From Nitrososphaerota archaeon (lineage in GTDB: Archaea > Thermoproteota > Nitrososphaeria_A > Caldarchaeales > Calditenuaceae): a stretch of 28,750 nt of DNA. The stretch lies in the NCBI GenBank assembly GCA_038741355.1, contig JAVYLC010000009.1, forward strand, positions 1-28,750, read 5' to 3'. The notes beneath the pieces were generated by a model. It ran no database searches, was not told the origin of the DNA, and saw only the letters and a program-made list of their open reading frames with translations. A program made the position numbers and the translations under genes. This document shows, in pieces, positions 24,433-28,750 of this stretch. Positions within the stretch are counted from its first letter, which is position 1; each line of letters opens with the position of its first letter.

Positions 24433-26370
24433 CTAGCGTTGATGCTTAACTGCTTGTGCGAGCGCTTCGCTCTGCTGATGCATAACCCTCCTCTCAGCCC
24501 TCTTGATTATCTCTAGGAGCATGCGCCTATACGTCCACCCCATGTAGCTGCAAGCCCTGCGGAGGTGGCCGTCCCACACCCAACCCGGGTTAGGATTCGC
24601 CTCCAAGAAGTAGGGCACCCCGTCGCTGCCAAGCCTCCAGTCGAACCGGGCATAGTCTCTGCACTCCAGCCTCTTAAACAGCTGGATGGACCATTTCGTC
24701 ATCATGGATTTTATGCTTGGCGGTAGGCTGGCAGGCACAGATCTCACAGCACCGTAGCTGCTCGCGGGTATCCATTTTGCCTGATAGGTGCATATCCTAG
24801 GTAGGCTGGCTGGGACTCCGCTGTAGTCTTCCCTCAGTATCGGGGCTACTACATAGTCGTGGGGCGGGTTGCCTATGATGGAGACGGTCAAGTCCTCACC
24901 CTCGATATACTCCTCTACAAGGATGGGGCCGCCGTATCCCCACCCCCTCCGCAGGTTCTCGATGGAGGCTACAAGATCCTCCGAGCTCCGAGCGATGCTC
25001 TTCTCAGTTATGCCCCAGCTATTGTCTCCGAAGTTGGGCTTGACTACGAGCGGATACTTCAGGCCCCTAACGCGGAATGGAGCCTCTCCAGGCTCTAGCA
25101 GTACAGACCTCGGTGTAGGTATTCCCATCTGGTGGGCTACTAGTTTCACCAAGTTCTTATCGTAACACAATGTGAGGCAGCGTTGTCCAGCACCGGTGTA
25201 CGAGAGGCCGAGCATATCGAGCATCGCTGGTATGTGCGGCTCTTTGAATGGGTCGTTGTGGAGCCCATCGTCGCAGAGATTCAGCACTAGATGTATTCTG
25301 GAGTGGTCCTGCTCTAATATTCTAAGCATCTCGGAGTGGTTGTCTATGAACTTGAACTTGTAGCCTTTTATGCCGTAGAGGGCCGACTTGAGCTCGTTTA
25401 CCGCATACTGGTCATCCTCGTCAAATACTGAGCCGGGCTTCACTGGATTGGGGATGCGGGGATCGCCCAGTAGAACATACACCTCCTTTCCTCCCTCCTG
25501 CTCCCCATTCTCCTTACCAGCCAACGCTGTCACTATCATACGTGTAGCCATTAATCCAGGATCACTGCTCGAATCCTCGGAATCCATAAGCATTCTGAGG
25601 GTGACATTGACGAATCCTGCAGACTCGAGTATGCTCTTGAGCTCTGCGAAGGAGTAGAGTCTGACGGCGTAGACATTGTCGGCGCGAACCCCGTTCTCCA
25701 CATCTATTACAATTTCCCTTGTTATGATTCTTTCACCATCCGTCGACATTTCCCTCTCCCTAACCACGAGTGTCCTGTCGTCTACCCACTCCCAGCTCCT
25801 CTTCGCATAATTCTGCCTTACAGCGTCTCCGGCGGCTAGGTCCATGAGCAGCCTACCGTAGGGTCTTAAAACCCTATAAATCTCTCTAAGCACTTTTATG
25901 TCATCGTTCTTGTTTGCAAAGTAGCCGAAGCTATTACCCATCAGCATCACAGCGTCGAACATGTTGTTTGGGTACGGGGTGTTCCGAGCATCACCTAGCC
26001 TGAATGACACCTTAATACCTTGTTCACGCGCTGTCTTCTGCGCCAGCCTGACTAGATATTCTGATAGGTCGAGCCCCTCCACGTTTCTGAAGCCTCTTCT
26101 ACCCAGCTCGATGGAGTGCCTCCCCTGGCCACAGCAAAGGTCCAATATTCTTTCAGAGGGCTCAAGATCCAGCATCTGGATGATGAGGTCTACCTCTCTC
26201 TTCGTGAGGCTTTCATTCATTACTACGTCTGAGTCTGTCTTGAGATAGACTTCATTGAAGATCTTTGACCACCACTCAGGATCTAATAGCTGCTCCAGCG
26301 GAGTCCCCGCACACCTGCCCTTAAACGGTTTGAGTGTAGTGGATGGAGGGGGATTCCCCAACTGGCTCAC
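24433..26370 (-). CDS. Fusion of a class I SAM-dependent methyltransferase (N-terminal) and a D-Ala-D-Ala-ligase-like ATP-grasp enzyme (C-terminal)
   Basis: Methyltransferase motif I is ILDLCCGQGRH, and the post-I and motif II regions include VLRPYGRLLMD. The ATP-grasp motifs are YPLVVKPNFGDNSWGI, ILVEEYIEGEDLTVSIIG and ARFDWRLGSDGVPYFLEANPNPG. Confidence 0.8.
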   Translation of the reverse strand: MSQLGNPPPSTTLKPFKGRCAGTPLEQLLDPEWWSKIFNEVYLKTDSDVVMNESLTKREVDLIIQMLDLEPSERILDLCCGQGRHSIELGRRGFRNVEGLDLSEYLVRLAQKTAREQGIKVSFRLGDARNTPYPNNMFDAVMLMGNSFGYFANKNDDIKVLREIYRVLRPYGRLLMDLAAGDAVRQNYAKRSWEWVDDRTLVVREREMSTDGERIITREIVIDVENGVRADNVYAVRLYSFAELKSILESAGFVNVTLRMLMDSEDSSSDPGLMATRMIVTALAGKENGEQEGGKEVYVLLGDPRIPNPVKPGSVFDEDDQYAVNELKSALYGIKGYKFKFIDNHSEMLRILEQDHSRIHLVLNLCDDGLHNDPFKEPHIPAMLDMLGLSYTGAGQRCLTLCYDKNLVKLVAHQMGIPTPRSVLLEPGEAPFRVRGLKYPLVVKPNFGDNSWGITEKSIARSSEDLVASIENLRRGWGYGGPILVEEYIEGEDLTVSIIGNPPHDYVVAPILREDYSGVPASLPRICTYQAKWIPASSYGAVRSVPASLPPSIKSMMTKWSIQLFKRLECRDYARFDWRLGSDGVPYFLEANPNPGWVWDGHLRRACSYMGWTYRRMLLEIIKRAERRVMHQQSEALAQAVKHQR

Positions 26371-26465
26371 CAGCTACCATGGCCATACCAGCTTTCACGC
26401 TCATCACCAAATGGGATGTTATTAAGGTTCAATGAGTTATTACAACCGGAACTGAAATAGCATTA

Positions 26466-26912
26466 TTAAGACCCGTCCACTTTCTTCAGGTTTTCAATAT
26501 TTGGCCTCTCACTCTCATCAATCTTCTCTACTGCGAGCCAAGCGTCTATTATCTCCCGCGCAACCTCAGGGGTAGTTAGCCTACCACTCAGTGCGAGGAC
26601 GTTGGCGTCGTTCCAGAGGCGGGCGCCCCGCGCTGTCTGGGCGTCGAAGCATAGAGCTGCCCTAACACCCTTGACCTTATTCGCGGCGATCGAGACACCT
26701 GTTCCGGTGTAACACACTACTATTCCCCAATCCACTTTCCCCTCCGCGACCATACGTCCAACTTCAAAGCCGACCTCGGGCCACGGCTCCACCTTCCCGC
26801 TCTTCAGAGAACCTAGCTCGATAATCTCGAACCCCTTCTCTGCGAGATACTTGGCCGCCTCCACCGCCGCGGCATACCGGTCATCAGAGCCTACAGCCAC
26901 TCGCCTCCGCAC
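26466..26912 (-). CDS. rpiB: Ribose-5-phosphate isomerase B (RpiB/LacA/LacB family)
   Basis: The motifs are VAVGSDD, VVCYTGTGVSIAANKVKGVRAAL and NDANVLALSGR. Confidence 0.82.
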   Translation of the reverse strand: MRRRVAVGSDDRYAAAVEAAKYLAEKGFEIIELGSLKSGKVEPWPEVGFEVGRMVAEGKVDWGIVVCYTGTGVSIAANKVKGVRAALCFDAQTARGARLWNDANVLALSGRLTTPEVAREIIDAWLAVEKIDESERPNIENLKKVDGS

Positions 26913-27001
26913 AGATATCCTACTTCACTGCCTAGGCTTTAAAGGATTTAGCCCAGCAAAGCCCGACACAAACTAGCTTAGCGCGGAGACGTGGGTGATA
27001 T

Positions 27002-27553
27002 TTGCCTCTACTGCCTATTGAGCCGCACAGGTTCCGGCGGTATAAGGCGGAGCTAGTCGAGGCCTTTACGAGGCATGCCAGCAGGGTTCTAGAGGTTGGG
27101 TGTGGTCTACGGCTTTACGAGGGCTACTGTAGAAGTCTGGAGTACGTGGGGGTGGATGTGGATGCGTCTGTAAGCCCGAATATTCTCGCCGACGCCGTGA
27201 GGCTGCCCTTCCGCGACTCTTGTTTTGAAGGGATTATTATGCTGGATTCCCTCGAGCATGTAGCAGATGCGGAGGCCGCCCTAAGGGAGTGTGCACGGGT
27301 CCTCAAGGATGGCGGCAGGCTGTTAATTACAACACCCAACACCCGCGGGTTTGGGCTTTACGATAGCTTCGCTGACAGGACACACATACACCACTTCAAC
27401 TGGTCTAGCATAGAAGGTATGCTTAGGAGAAATGGGTTGAGGGTGGAGAGGAGGATACCGCTCCACCTACACATATTCTGGCCACTACGCCTCCTACGCT
27501 CCCCGCTACTAGTTCCGCTGCAACAGTCGATCTGCCTGGTGGCTAGGCGATGA
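27002..27553 (+). CDS. Class I SAM-dependent methyltransferase (type 11-like)
   Basis: Motif I is VLEVGCG. Other matches are FEGIIMLDSLEHV and LKDGGRLLITTPN. The start is TTG. Confidence 0.78.
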   Translation: MPLLPIEPHRFRRYKAELVEAFTRHASRVLEVGCGLRLYEGYCRSLEYVGVDVDASVSPNILADAVRLPFRDSCFEGIIMLDSLEHVADAEAALRECARVLKDGGRLLITTPNTRGFGLYDSFADRTHIHHFNWSSIEGMLRRNGLRVERRIPLHLHIFWPLRLLRSPLLVPLQQSICLVARR

Positions 27554-28587
27554 GTAGGGTGAGACGCCTCCTCAGGGCCTCCCTAGCCGGCCTCCTAGCA
27601 AGTGCAGGCATAACACTCCTCATAGCCACCCTGTTCAATATACCGCTGTCGACACTACTCTCTATCCCACCCTCCCTCCTACTCCTATCCCTAGGCCTGT
27701 GCCTGGCGAGGCTACTGGCACAGGGGGTGAGATTCTACCTCCTGGTGGAGCGCCTCTCATCTACGTCTATGAGCATGGGTGAGGCGTTTATGATTAGGAG
27801 TGTGAGCGAGTTCTTTGCACTCACCACAATCCCATTCATGGCGGACGAGGCGGTCAGGGCCTGGATACTGACAGAGAAGGGCGAGAACCCTATAGTAGCC
27901 CTCTGGATAGCATTCACCGAGCTAATCCTAGACGTGCTTGTCGCAGCACCGATAGCCCTCCTAGCAGGCGTAGCGGCCATGTCCCACGGCGCGATAAGCG
28001 TGGCTATGTTGCTGATCACCATACCTGCTCTACAACTCATACTGGTCACCAGCTTGCTCATACAGTCTAGGCGTCAGGGGTTGGAGCGCCTCCGCAGACT
28101 GACGAGCCGGCTTGAGATGCACCTCTCAGTATTTGGAAGAGTGTTAAACATGCTTAAACAGGTGGGCCTCAACTCGCTGGGTCTTCTCGAGCCGCTGAGT
28201 TTTAGTCGGGGCAAATCTATTTCCGCAGGCCTCCTAGCCGCTACGGTGGCCGTGATGCTTATACCCGCCGCCACGCTCTACGCTGTCTTCTCAAACTATG
28301 CGGCGATTGGATTCATAGACGCAATCTACGCTTTTCACGCAGGGAATACACTGGGGATCCTTCCTGTGACGGTAGGGGGCGCGGGCTTGACTGAGGCTGG
28401 AGTCTACCTCTTCTCCAGCAAGGTCTTGGGGGTTTACTCGTGGATCGCCGTCGTGGCGTGGCGGATACTCACTTATTACTTGACGCTACTCGTGAGCGGC
28501 GTGATGTTTACCTACTATGCGTCGAAGAGGCTGAGGGAGGGTCTTAAGGTTTCTGGAGGAGGAAGAGCGGCTGAAGACCCTCCATGA
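27550..28587 (+). CDS. Polytopic membrane protein, flippase-like / UPF0104 (lysyl-PG synthase TM-region-like)
   Basis: There are about eight hydrophobic helices. The ATGA start/stop overlap with the preceding methyltransferase implies translational coupling. The family call is from overall pattern only. Confidence 0.6.
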   Translation: MSRVRRLLRASLAGLLASAGITLLIATLFNIPLSTLLSIPPSLLLLSLGLCLARLLAQGVRFYLLVERLSSTSMSMGEAFMIRSVSEFFALTTIPFMADEAVRAWILTEKGENPIVALWIAFTELILDVLVAAPIALLAGVAAMSHGAISVAMLLITIPALQLILVTSLLIQSRRQGLERLRRLTSRLEMHLSVFGRVLNMLKQVGLNSLGLLEPLSFSRGKSISAGLLAATVAVMLIPAATLYAVFSNYAAIGFIDAIYAFHAGNTLGILPVTVGGAGLTEAGVYLFSSKVLGVYSWIAVVAWRILTYYLTLLVSGVMFTYYASKRLREGLKVSGGGRAAEDPP

Positions 28588-28605
28588 GAGAGCCAAGCCA
28601 CTGGC

Positions 28606-28750
28606 TTAGAGGTAGCGGGCTTTCAGGGAGTTTAGAACCGTGTCCAGCCGCCGAGCCCCCGTCGCAAGAGGTCTTGCCTGCTTGGAGGCAGGTGCACTCA
28701 GTCTCGGAGTATACTTGTAGAGCCTATGCAGTTTTCCGTCACTACTCGAC
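28606..28750 (-). CDS. 3' end of a minus-strand gene that continues beyond the window (partial, function unknown)
   Basis: A stop-free frame reads ..DGKLHRLYKYTPRLSAPASKQARPLATGARRLDTVLNSLKARYL* with TAA at 28606-28608. It is convergent with the flippase-like gene and too short to classify. Confidence 0.35.
   Translation of the reverse strand, partial: SSSDGKLHRLYKYTPRLSAPASKQARPLATGARRLDTVLNSLKARYL

Noticed and set aside
26371-26407. Perfect C box GTGATGA on the minus strand (26401-26407) in the intergenic region upstream of the MT-ATP-grasp gene
   Set aside because: No CTGA D or D' box follows within the expected distance. The downstream sequence runs straight into the GTG start of the CDS.
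1-28750. CRISPR arrays, IS elements, transposases, integrases, toxin-antitoxin pairs or recognisable defence genes
   Set aside because: No regularly spaced short direct repeats were seen. No DDE, tyrosine or serine recombinase motifs and no known defence-domain signatures were seen in any long ORF.

Overview
The window looks like chromosomal DNA from a hyperthermophilic crenarchaeon (Thermoprotei, Desulfurococcales-like). This is an inference from several signals. There is a very GC-rich tRNA with a canonical bulge-helix-bulge intron, a eukaryotic-type primase large subunit and archaeal-type SHMT. A/T-rich TATA-like boxes sit about 25-35 nt upstream of many start codons. A GGAGGTG Shine-Dalgarno precedes an operon-internal gene, TTG/GTG starts are frequent, and AGA/AGG arginine codons dominate.

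Most of 8.6-28.7 kb is ordinary, densely packed housekeeping and accessory metabolism:
- Gfo/Idh/MocA oxidoreductase, aldo-keto reductase and a GlcD-like FAD oxidase
- PDCD5-like protein, PriL, SHMT and PduO-type adenosyltransferase
- PCu(A)C, DUF1464, pyruvate phosphate dikinase, a cupin and an HxlR/DoxX pair
- a methyltransferase-ATP-grasp fusion, RpiB, a second methyltransferase and a flippase-like membrane protein

Two regions are unusual.

(1) 1-1775. About 740 nt is strongly GC-rich and apparently non-coding. It starts with two diverged tandem copies of a unit of about 105 nt and contains many hand-verifiable hairpins. It runs directly into a free-standing HTH + double-motif LAGLIDADG endonuclease gene. 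The 3' end of that gene overlaps, antisense, an intron-containing tRNA-Val(GAC). This is my best candidate for something undescribed: a structured RNA and/or a mobile LAGLIDADG cassette.

(2) 1841-8475, minus strand. This operon is dominated by a roughly 1570-codon membrane protein: signal anchor, non-catalytic PA/M28-like ectodomain, a beta-sandwich domain and FtsX/MacB-type permease modules. The gene is broken by three 1-nt homopolymer frameshifts and one in-frame TAG. A Yip1-like membrane protein and an unrecognisable 296-aa protein follow it. No ABC ATPase is present.

No CRISPR array, rRNA, transposase or integrase was seen. All domain calls come from motif recognition by eye, and no database search was run.
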